A stretch of 64,000 nt of DNA. It comes from Methanobacteriota archaeon. Its GTDB lineage: Archaea > Thermoplasmatota > Thermoplasmata > Thermoplasmatales > GCA-001856825. Below, one piece after another: positions 49,727 to 58,306 of this stretch (position 1 is its first letter; each line of letters starts with the position of its first letter). The stretch lies in the NCBI GenBank assembly GCA_017857235.1, contig JAFMDN010000003.1, positions 2,005 through 66,004 on the forward strand, given 5' to 3'. The notes beneath the pieces are model-generated. The model was not told where the DNA came from. It saw nothing but the letters and a program-made list of their open reading frames with translations, and searched no databases. The position numbers and the translations under genes are program-made.

Positions 49727-50733
49727 AAGTATTCACTTATTTACCTATAAAAAAGGTGTATTATGGAGAAGATGCCAATGAGCACATCATGGATTTTATT
49801 CGTGTGAATTCCAAACTTTATATAGTTACAGGAAGAAGAACCTCGGAATCAAATGAATTTAAAAATATTCTTAAAAAATTAGAAAGTAAAAGAATAAATT
49901 ACGAGATTCTAAATTTCATATCTCAACACTCCCCAGACAATGAAATTGAAATCGCCCTCCAACAAATCGATGACCACCATGAGCATGATATACTAGGATA
50001 TGGAGGAGGCTCAGTTATAGATGCTTCTAAGATATTAAAATTGAAGTCAAACGCTCAAACACTTATTGCTGTGCCAACTACATTGAGTGCTTCCGAATTT
50101 TCACATATTGCTGGTTATTCGGAAAATGGGGAGAAGAAGGGGATAAGGGACATAAATATTACTCCAGATTATATTGTGCTTGACCCAAGAAATACTATTT
50201 CTACTCCAAGAGAACTTTATATGGCTTCTGGTATAAGGGCTATTGACCATGCGATTGAATCTGCCCTGGATCTAGGATTGTCTGATCCCAGGCTTTATAC
50301 CTCAGTAATATCCTATAAGCTTTTAAGGGATAATTTAAGGGGATCAAGTTTGGAGGAAAGAATGCTTTCCCAAATAGGCTCATGGTTCTCATATTTTAAT
50401 GTCTTTGATTCTCCAATGGGGCTAAGCCATGCCATTGGTAAAATAATTGGAGCAAAATATGGGATACCTCATGGATTCACATCTTGCATAACATTACCCG
50501 TGATAATTGACTACTACGAAAAAACTGGAAGGCTGGATAACTTTTTAAATCTCTTATTCCAAAAAGTTGATTACAAGGAACTAAAGAATGAAGTTGTTGA
50601 TTTGATTAAGTCTATCCCGGCCAAGACTAAGTTGTCCGAATATGGTCTAGGAAAGGAAGATATAGATATTATAATGGAAAAATTGAATGTTAATCATATA
50701 GGCATTGAGAATTACTTGGAGCAAATGCTATGA
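49723..50733 (+). CDS. Iron-containing alcohol dehydrogenase, maleylacetate-reductase-like
   Basis: GGGS..D..K, PTTLSASE, SGIRAIDHAIE, GLSHAIG and IPHG motifs. Confidence 0.85.
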   Translation: MKVFTYLPIKKVYYGEDANEHIMDFIRVNSKLYIVTGRRTSESNEFKNILKKLESKRINYEILNFISQHSPDNEIEIALQQIDDHHEHDILGYGGGSVIDASKILKLKSNAQTLIAVPTTLSASEFSHIAGYSENGEKKGIRDINITPDYIVLDPRNTISTPRELYMASGIRAIDHAIESALDLGLSDPRLYTSVISYKLLRDNLRGSSLEERMLSQIGSWFSYFNVFDSPMGLSHAIGKIIGAKYGIPHGFTSCITLPVIIDYYEKTGRLDNFLNLLFQKVDYKELKNEVVDLIKSIPAKTKLSEYGLGKEDIDIIMEKLNVNHIGIENYLEQML

Positions 50734-51338
50734 TATATAATATAAATAATGAATTCTTAAAATGCATTGGATTAGAAGATTATACTGAAATCTTCCATAA
50801 ATTCAAAAAATCGGTATATCCGGCAATAGAAAGGATTAAAGGACAAGAACTATGGCAAATTTCTGAATGTGAGGCATTTTCATTGTTTGCTACGGTTTTT
50901 ATCATTAAACCAAGAATTATAATAGAAACTGGCGTGGGAGCTGGATTGTCAAGCTTATCTATACTTTCTGCGCTTGAGAATGGTAGATTGATAAGTATAG
51001 ATCCTCTAATAAGCTATGGGAATCCTCCAAGAAAGGATTTTGGTTTTCTTGTTCCTGATTATTTAAGAAAGAATTGGAATATTAGAAGAGGGCTATCAAG
51101 AGATATAATGCCTAAATTACTTGATGAAATTGGTTTTATAGATATTTTCCTTCATGATTCAGAGCATTCTTATGATAATATGTATTTCGAATTAAAAACA
51201 TCTTATTCACACATGAAGAACGGGATTATATTTGTTGATAATTATAACTGGAATAATGCTGCTATTGATTTTGCCAATGAAATGAACCTTAAGCTTTTAG
51301 ATGTATGCGACGATATGTGTGCCATATTAATTTATTAA
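50730..51338 (+). CDS. Class I SAM-dependent methyltransferase (Methyltransf_24-like)
   Basis: IIETGVGAGLSS, SID, DIFLHDSEHSY and GIIFVDN motifs. Confidence 0.88.
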   Translation: MIYNINNEFLKCIGLEDYTEIFHKFKKSVYPAIERIKGQELWQISECEAFSLFATVFIIKPRIIIETGVGAGLSSLSILSALENGRLISIDPLISYGNPPRKDFGFLVPDYLRKNWNIRRGLSRDIMPKLLDEIGFIDIFLHDSEHSYDNMYFELKTSYSHMKNGIIFVDNYNWNNAAIDFANEMNLKLLDVCDDMCAILIY

Positions 51339-51682
51339 AATGTAATGTGTTTGACGGAAATTTTAAATCCCTAACAATAGTGAGAAGATAAATAAACTTC
51401 TCTCAATAGATAGATTAAAAAAATGAAAAGTTTACACTATATTGACCGCAGCTGATATTAAAATTTACTACTAATCATTCCTGAGGAGACAACGTTTGAA
51501 TATAGGCGAACTATCAACAGTTAGGGTTCGGTGGCTCATTATCTATGAAAAGATTCAACCGGTCAATCATTGCCATTCAATGAAACCCTATTTTATCTGT
51601 GTTTTGAGATACCCGAAGAAACTTTTAAGTTTTAGTGAAGAAGGGTTGACATAGATTCGTAACTACAAAAATTTTTTTAGGT

Positions 51683-52159
51683 ATGATTAAAATAATTATT
51701 GAGAAAATGGAACAATCTTCAAAATTTTCAAGTAAACTTGTATTCACATCAGTATTATTATTTATAATAACGGTCATCGCCCTAATTATTCTAATCACCG
51801 ACAAGAATTTGCAAACGGATTTTGGAGCTGTCAAGCCCTATTACTATCACTGGTATGGTCTTCTATTTTTAGCCATATTTACATTTGTGTGTGGGATATT
51901 AACCCTCTCAAAGAATAGCAGACTTTCTAGATATTCATCCATATTGGGAGGTGTTATTCCATTAATTTTTATAATCATAGATGTGTTCATTCTTTACAAA
52001 TCAGTTGGATTTTACAGTTACATACAATTTGCACAATATCTCTTTGGCATTTCAAGATACCCCTATTCTCTTCCATACATCCCAGGACTCTTCGATGTAT
52101 ACACTGCCCTATTATTCTTGGAATTAATATTAGCATTGATGATTAAATCTGCTGAATAG
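51683..52159 (+). CDS. Small membrane protein (about 4 TM), unknown function
   Basis: Four hydrophobic segments and LQTDFGA...HWYG. Confidence 0.7.
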   Translation: MIKIIIEKMEQSSKFSSKLVFTSVLLFIITVIALIILITDKNLQTDFGAVKPYYYHWYGLLFLAIFTFVCGILTLSKNSRLSRYSSILGGVIPLIFIIIDVFILYKSVGFYSYIQFAQYLFGISRYPYSLPYIPGLFDVYTALLFLELILALMIKSAE

Positions 52160-52240
52160 TAAAGCTTATTCAAATTGAATCAGAATGTTGACAAAGGTGA
52201 AATCGGGCAATTGATTAAATAACTTTCTTCACCTTAAAAA

Positions 52241-52963
52241 TCATTTTATTTTCGTTATGTGAAAGAGAATAAAATTATAGAAGGGTGTCAGTATTCTTTT
52301 CTCTGTTTCGCTTATAATATAACTATTGTAAAATTTATTGAATCTGGTTTCTATGAAATTTTCCAATTTCCTTCTATGCATTAGACCGTAATTTATGGTT
52401 TCCACTGTTATCTTTTTATTTTCTATTTCTTCCTTAAGCAATTTGTAGATTAATTTTTCATTATGGAAACATATCCTTAACCCATTATCCACCAGGCAAT
52501 ACTTCATACGTGAAGGCGGAATTTCAAATTTATCTTTATTTTTGATGATATCATAAATAATTGTGATATTCATTAAATTGTCGATGTTGAATAATAATCT
52601 TCCACCGGGCTTTAAGTAATTTATCCATTCCTTTATAAATACTGGGTTATCATAATGGTGCACAGTCCTGAAACTTATTATTACATCAATAGAATTGTTT
52701 TTGAAAAGAGGTTTAGTGAAGTCTGCCCTAATTGCACATGTTGATTTCCCTTTTTTCATTTTCTGGAACTTCGTCAGGTTAGCTTTTGAATAATCAACAA
52801 GATAGACTTTATCAAAATCATTATTTATTATAGAACTAAGCCTACCATAACCCCCACCCAGATCAGCAAGGATCTCTCCTTTTAGTTTTAGGGATCTTAG
52901 TATCCTAATTTCAATTTGCTCCAGGCTTTCATCCTGGTTTTCAAAAATATAATTTTCAAACAC
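52241..52963 (-). CDS. Class I SAM-dependent methyltransferase
   Basis: ADLGGGYGR, LVDYS, RTVHH and LKPGG motifs; start GTG 52963 or TTG 52978. Confidence 0.85.
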   Translation of the reverse strand: MFENYIFENQDESLEQIEIRILRSLKLKGEILADLGGGYGRLSSIINNDFDKVYLVDYSKANLTKFQKMKKGKSTCAIRADFTKPLFKNNSIDVIISFRTVHHYDNPVFIKEWINYLKPGGRLLFNIDNLMNITIIYDIIKNKDKFEIPPSRMKYCLVDNGLRICFHNEKLIYKLLKEEIENKKITVETINYGLMHRRKLENFIETRFNKFYNSYIISETEKRILTPFYNFILFHITKIK

Positions 52964-52983
52964 CAGGATTAATATCAATTAAA

Positions 52984-52991
52984 TTTTTAAA
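52984..52991. promoter_or_regulatory. Putative bidirectional TATA box
   Basis: The TTTAAA palindrome (52986-52991) is 28 nt from ATG 53014 (+) and 28 nt from GTG 52963 (-). Confidence 0.45.
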
Positions 52992-53013
52992 CTTACTTAA
53001 ATTATTATTAGCA

Positions 53014-53817
53014 ATGAAAGATTACTTTGAAGTATCTGACATATTTTCAAAAGCCTCTCCAGTTTATGATGATAAAATATCCCAAAATAAAACAAACCTC
53101 ATAATAAGGGATATAGAAGTGAATACCCTAGAACATTATATCAAAGAATTCAACGGGAATTTAGATAGGATATTGGAAATAGGTTGCGGAACTGGACAGG
53201 AAGCACTAAGAATTATGAAAAAATTTGACATTGGAGTTGATTGCATAGACATATCAAATGGAATGCTAAAAATTTCAGTGAATAAGATAAAAAATCATGG
53301 TCTATCTGATAAATTTAGACCTATGAGGTTAGCCGCATCTAACTTGGATGTACTAAAGAGAAGGTATAAAATAGTATACAGCTTCAACGGGGCTCTGAAT
53401 ACTGAACCACAATTTAAAAAATTCATAAAATCCATTGAAAGTGTGCTTGATGATGAAGGTGTACTTATTTTTAGCATTAGGAACAGGTACTGTATTAGTG
53501 ATTTTATATACTCAATGCTCAAATTTAATGGAAGAAGGATAAAGGAAAGGATTAAGGGAGATGTCCAAGTACCGGTAGCTGAATTTTTTGTAGAATCCAG
53601 ATATTTCTCATATAATGAAATTCTCAATCTATTTAATTCGGATTTTAAATTAATTAGAGCCTATGGATTAGGAATAATAATATTTCCTTATATTTCAAAT
53701 TTCTTTCCAAATGGGTTTTTCGATAATTTTATGGGAAAATTGGAAAAAAGCCTTTCTAAAGTATTTCCATTTAACATGTTGGGGGATGAAATTTTATATG
53801 TTTTTAAGAAACGCTAA
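53014..53817 (+). CDS. Class I SAM-dependent methyltransferase
   Basis: LEIGCGTG, IDISNGM and YSFNGALN motifs. Confidence 0.88.
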   Translation: MKDYFEVSDIFSKASPVYDDKISQNKTNLIIRDIEVNTLEHYIKEFNGNLDRILEIGCGTGQEALRIMKKFDIGVDCIDISNGMLKISVNKIKNHGLSDKFRPMRLAASNLDVLKRRYKIVYSFNGALNTEPQFKKFIKSIESVLDDEGVLIFSIRNRYCISDFIYSMLKFNGRRIKERIKGDVQVPVAEFFVESRYFSYNEILNLFNSDFKLIRAYGLGIIIFPYISNFFPNGFFDNFMGKLEKSLSKVFPFNMLGDEILYVFKKR

Positions 53818-54817
53818 TTTTGAATATGTTAAGATTCCCCCTCCTTTCTTAAGGAAAGAAAGGGTAATATTATTGAAAAATGATTCAATAATGTTATTAT
53901 TAGCAAACAGGAAACAGGCTGAAATTTTTAATTTATTACCTTATGTGATTTACAAGAAATCGTATTTTAAGCTTCAAAAATACGAACATGGACAGCTCTA
54001 TGAGAACAACTTATCTTTAATCAAGGGCGACGTTTTTATTATGAATCTCGTCGAGGATATTGATTATAACTTGGAAGAAATTCTTGCAGAAGTTTTTAAC
54101 ACAGAGAATAAATATTACTTACAAAGCTTGAAGAATAATAAGGTCCAGGTTTATATGAGAGACTTTACTAGGAGATTAATTCTAAAATATGTAAAAAAGG
54201 GATCCGATGTTCTAGACCTTGGATCTGGGCCTGAACCAGAGACTTTGGTTTTAGAAGATACCTGCAATTTATATTGCTACGACATATCAGAAATAGCTTT
54301 GGAAAATTTAAGGAGAAATCACCCAAAAGTAAAACCAATTAACAGGGCTATCTTGGATTCTTTAGAAATTAAGTTCGATTCAATTTTTACGAGCTTCGGA
54401 TTTTTAGAACTTGCTGATTTAGATCTGGTAAAGAATATAATCGACAAAAATTTAAAAGATGGAGGAACATTTATTGCATGTTATCTTAACAAATTAGCAA
54501 TTTCAGACTTGTTACTTAACATTCTCCAGCTAAGATTTGGATATGCAATGCAGAGGCTTTCAGGAATGATTGACGGTAATCATTCAAGATATAGACTAGC
54601 GGTGAGATTAATAAATGATGACCTAATCGAGAAATTTGGAATAGAGATCAAAGAAAGCTATTCTATATGCAGCATACTGCCACCATATTATTTTACAAAC
54701 CTTATAGGTAAATTGGATATCAATAAACTCATACAAATGGATTACTCCTTATCAAATGTGAAGCTTCTTAGGAGCTTAGGAGATTTTAAGTGTATAGTAG
54801 GTGTAAAAAATGCATAG
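53798..54817 (+). CDS. Class I SAM-dependent methyltransferase with an N-terminal extension (start uncertain)
   Basis: LDLGSGP, YDIS, FDSIFTSFG and LKDGG motifs; similar layout to the upstream methyltransferase. Confidence 0.8.
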   Translation: MFLRNANFEYVKIPPPFLRKERVILLKNDSIMLLLANRKQAEIFNLLPYVIYKKSYFKLQKYEHGQLYENNLSLIKGDVFIMNLVEDIDYNLEEILAEVFNTENKYYLQSLKNNKVQVYMRDFTRRLILKYVKKGSDVLDLGSGPEPETLVLEDTCNLYCYDISEIALENLRRNHPKVKPINRAILDSLEIKFDSIFTSFGFLELADLDLVKNIIDKNLKDGGTFIACYLNKLAISDLLLNILQLRFGYAMQRLSGMIDGNHSRYRLAVRLINDDLIEKFGIEIKESYSICSILPPYYFTNLIGKLDINKLIQMDYSLSNVKLLRSLGDFKCIVGVKNA

Positions 54818-56552
54818 TCTCAAAAATTGGAGGGTATTTCTGTTTATTAGTATTCTTTTGCTGATAATAACTTATCTTCTATCCTTGGCACCCTATGGCT
54901 ATAACACATTTACCATCAATAATGGAAATTTTTCAATTGAAGTATCACCAATAAATTTCACACCCATAGGAAATTTTTTTGGATTTCAATCCATTAAGAT
55001 AATAATTATAAACAATGGATATGAAAATCTTAGCTCTTCCATTAGTTACGCCAATCATTTATTGAATTTATCTTTAAAACCGCATTCTGGAACTATTCAA
55101 TACATACAACCCAAGTCTAGCTTTAATCTATTATATATTAATATTACCACGTTAAATTACACGAAAGACATTACAATTAAGATAAATTTCAATTCGCCTC
55201 TACTTACCCTTTTATCTGAAATAACTATGCTCTTCTCATTCTATTTTTATTATCTATTCTTGAAATTTTATAATTCTAATTTCAAACTTACATGGTTAAT
55301 AATACTGCTTGGCTACCTAATATTGGCTCCATTTTTCGGGCAAAGATATGATATGTATTTTGTGCTCACTTCTCCCCTTAGGATTATTAAGCACATAAAT
55401 CCCTTTATAGGCAATGAAATGATGCCAGGCGGGTTAAAATGGGCCTATCCTCCTTTGTTTCTAATTTATGGTATACTATTTTATACGGTTTTGCATTATT
55501 TTGGTTTAAATTTCGATCCATCATTCACATATCTTGTTACATCTGGATATGAATATAGTGCTTGGAGAGGTTTTTACAATCCTGAGCTCCCTTTACTTTT
55601 CTTCCTTGAGAAATTACCCCTGATAATTTCAACTTTCATAATTTATTGGTTATTTCTTAAAAAATTTAATTTCCAATATTCAAAGATTGAACTGGAAAAA
55701 TTCTGGTTACTCAATCCGCTGATTATTCTCATAGGCACCGTTTGGGGTCAGTTTGATATGCTCTCTTTATTAAGTATGATTCTCTCTATCTACTTCTTCC
55801 TAAAGAACAGAACCGACTTAGCATCTATATTTGCCACAATCGGTGCTTTTATTAAGATATTTCCAGTCATCTTAATACCTTACATAATATTGAATAGCCA
55901 AAGGAAAATAAGAGATATATCTTATGTAATCCTATTTAGCGTTATTTCATTGATTCCTTATTTTATTGCCGGTAATTTTTATATGGACTTAGAGGTTCTA
56001 ATTTACTCAAGATCGGTTCCTACTGTCAATGGATACTTTTTTGCCAACGGAATGACATGGCAAATATTACCTTTGTACCTTGGAATCAAAAATTTTCCTG
56101 GAATATTTCCTTACATTTTAATTCCAATTTATCTGACCTTGCTTATTATGTCAAAAAGGTTGAAAATAAGTATTATAGAGTTTTCTCTGATCTTTATAAT
56201 TTCTTTCTTTATATTTTTCAACTTTGTGAATCCACAGTATTTTATCATACCTGTTGCGCTTTTTATATTAATGAGGAATAAGCCTTATCTAATTCTATAT
56301 TCTCTCATTCCAATATTGTATGTTTTCCTAAATTATTCATTCCCTTATTTCGTCAATTACTATTATTCTTACAATTATTTCTCATCAACTCTTGGCTTGG
56401 GTGAAAGCTTTAGGCTCTTCTTTACTAATAGCGCCATTACCTTAGGAACCTATGTAGTAATTTGCACTATAATTTACATAATGACGTTATTAGCTATAAT
56501 AAGAGATATCCTATCTCGAAATAAGTCTCCAGATTCCATACTCCCGTCCTAG
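54810..56552 (+). CDS. GT-C fold membrane glycosyltransferase (GT87/PIG-M-like)
   Basis: YD, WAYPPL, LLNP...WGQFD, K.FP and NPQY motifs; multiple TM segments. Confidence 0.8.
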   Translation: MHSLKNWRVFLFISILLLIITYLLSLAPYGYNTFTINNGNFSIEVSPINFTPIGNFFGFQSIKIIIINNGYENLSSSISYANHLLNLSLKPHSGTIQYIQPKSSFNLLYINITTLNYTKDITIKINFNSPLLTLLSEITMLFSFYFYYLFLKFYNSNFKLTWLIILLGYLILAPFFGQRYDMYFVLTSPLRIIKHINPFIGNEMMPGGLKWAYPPLFLIYGILFYTVLHYFGLNFDPSFTYLVTSGYEYSAWRGFYNPELPLLFFLEKLPLIISTFIIYWLFLKKFNFQYSKIELEKFWLLNPLIILIGTVWGQFDMLSLLSMILSIYFFLKNRTDLASIFATIGAFIKIFPVILIPYIILNSQRKIRDISYVILFSVISLIPYFIAGNFYMDLEVLIYSRSVPTVNGYFFANGMTWQILPLYLGIKNFPGIFPYILIPIYLTLLIMSKRLKISIIEFSLIFIISFFIFFNFVNPQYFIIPVALFILMRNKPYLILYSLIPILYVFLNYSFPYFVNYYYSYNYFSSTLGLGESFRLFFTNSAITLGTYVVICTIIYIMTLLAIIRDILSRNKSPDSILPS

Positions 56553-57386
56553 CCAGAGGTCTATCCTCGCGAGCAAGCTAGACAATCCCTCCATGAAAAT
56601 CAACAGAATTAAGCTTGGCAATACGTTAGGATCATCCTTAATAACAAATAGAAGTATGTTGAATGAATGCCTAATATTGGCAAGAGAAATGGTTGACAGA
56701 GAGTATGGATCATTACCTTCCAATTTAAGTTCCCAGTGTCCATAGTTTATCCTTCTCCTTTGATTAAGATAATCATTAAGATTTCTTGGTGGGATGCATC
56801 TTATTTTGACTTCGTTTGAGTATTTTATCTTGTAACCCATCTTATAGGCAATGTTGCAGAAAAAAGCATCTTCATTTATTTCTCCCTTATAACCAAATAG
56901 TAATTCCTTTCTTACAAATAGAATTTCACCTGCATGAGCAGGTAGACCTTTAGATAACTTATACCTTATCTGGTAATCATTAACTATCCATAGCACTCTG
57001 AAAATTTTATTGAATAATCCAGTGTCTTTAATAGGTTCTATTCTTGCAAACACAACTCCTGTATCTTCACTGAACTTCGAGGCTAGATAATCCAAGATAT
57101 CATCATTATCTATTAAGATATCACCGGACACCATGGCAACAACATCTTCCCTTACTATTGAAATTGCTTCTATAACAGATTTTGGTTTACCTAGGCGACT
57201 GTTCTGTTTTATAAATTGAAACCTATCATCTTTGATGCCGAATATATAGTCATATGGTAATTTTCCCCCTCCAATAAGTGTAATTCTTCTAGCATTACTG
57301 TGTAGGGCGCTATTTAGAACACCTTTTAATAGGTCGGAATCATCGTAACTAAAAATAACAATTTCATAATTCATTTTCGGTCCCAT
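56511..57386 (-). CDS. GT2 glycosyltransferase (ED + QxxRW-type)
   Basis: LGKPK, SGD, GE, NEDA and QRRRI motifs; C-terminal hydrophobic segment. Confidence 0.8.
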   Translation of the reverse strand: MGPKMNYEIVIFSYDDSDLLKGVLNSALHSNARRITLIGGGKLPYDYIFGIKDDRFQFIKQNSRLGKPKSVIEAISIVREDVVAMVSGDILIDNDDILDYLASKFSEDTGVVFARIEPIKDTGLFNKIFRVLWIVNDYQIRYKLSKGLPAHAGEILFVRKELLFGYKGEINEDAFFCNIAYKMGYKIKYSNEVKIRCIPPRNLNDYLNQRRRINYGHWELKLEGNDPYSLSTISLANIRHSFNILLFVIKDDPNVLPSLILLIFMEGLSSLLARIDLWLGREYGIWRLISR

Positions 57387-58050
57387 TTACTTTTTTTCTA
57401 AGTTCTCCATATTTTCTCGAATCAAAATAAAATTTTCTCCACCCATAGACAATTTTGAAATCTCCTTTTGACTTTTCCAATTTCTTTGATGCGATCATTC
57501 CCTTTATTAATACAGGAGGCAAAACGACTATCATGGATATGAGATTTAATAATAAATTTTTGATATGTCTAATTTTAAATTTCTCATTTTTAATCTTATT
57601 TGTAGGTACCTTTGGCTCTGTTTCCCTGTTGTTTATTTTTTCTAATAAGGATTCATAAAAATTTTGTCCGAAAATAACAATTGCATGTTTGGCATCAGAT
57701 ATTATCAACTTATCATCTAGTCTTTGAAAATAGTCTACCGAGAAACGCTCGTCCATAAATAGCGACAAACAAATTCTATCATATCGATACAGTTTTCTAA
57801 CAATGAGAGATTTAAGAAAAACAAACCATAAAAGATCCTTTTTCGTTATAAGGAAAATATCTATATCATCTTCAGGAGATGGTTCATATGAAGTAGATCC
57901 TACAATAGCACTTACTCTTATCCCCTTTTCCCCTAGCTCTCTAAGAAATTTTGTGCCTATTTCTATGAACTCTGCTTTAATGGATTTTTGCTCTGTCAAC
58001 AGCGAATTATTATTTTTTCCATCATTCCAATTGTATGGGGAAAACTTCAT
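57364..58050 (-). CDS. Pol-beta-superfamily nucleotidyltransferase-like protein
   Basis: IVGSTSY....DDIDIFLI..K..LW and ICLSLF motifs. Confidence 0.7.
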   Translation of the reverse strand: MKFSPYNWNDGKNNNSLLTEQKSIKAEFIEIGTKFLRELGEKGIRVSAIVGSTSYEPSPEDDIDIFLITKKDLLWFVFLKSLIVRKLYRYDRICLSLFMDERFSVDYFQRLDDKLIISDAKHAIVIFGQNFYESLLEKINNRETEPKVPTNKIKNEKFKIRHIKNLLLNLISMIVVLPPVLIKGMIASKKLEKSKGDFKIVYGWRKFYFDSRKYGELRKKVNGTENEL

Positions 58051-58306
58051 TTACATTTCATTAAAAATAAATTTCGAATAATAACTTAACGTTAATTAAA
58101 AGTTTTAGGTTTTCCTCATAAGCTACAAAAAGATTAAACATTGAATTTAAAAATTATAATTGAATTAAAAATGTTAGGAGTTAACCCAACCTATTATAAT
58201 GAAAATTGTAACACATGCTATAGTATGTATTATTTAAATTCATCCCTCTTAATTCTAATTGCTACAGATCATTCGGGTGGTGCAATTATTGCAGGGATGA
58301 GGGAAA

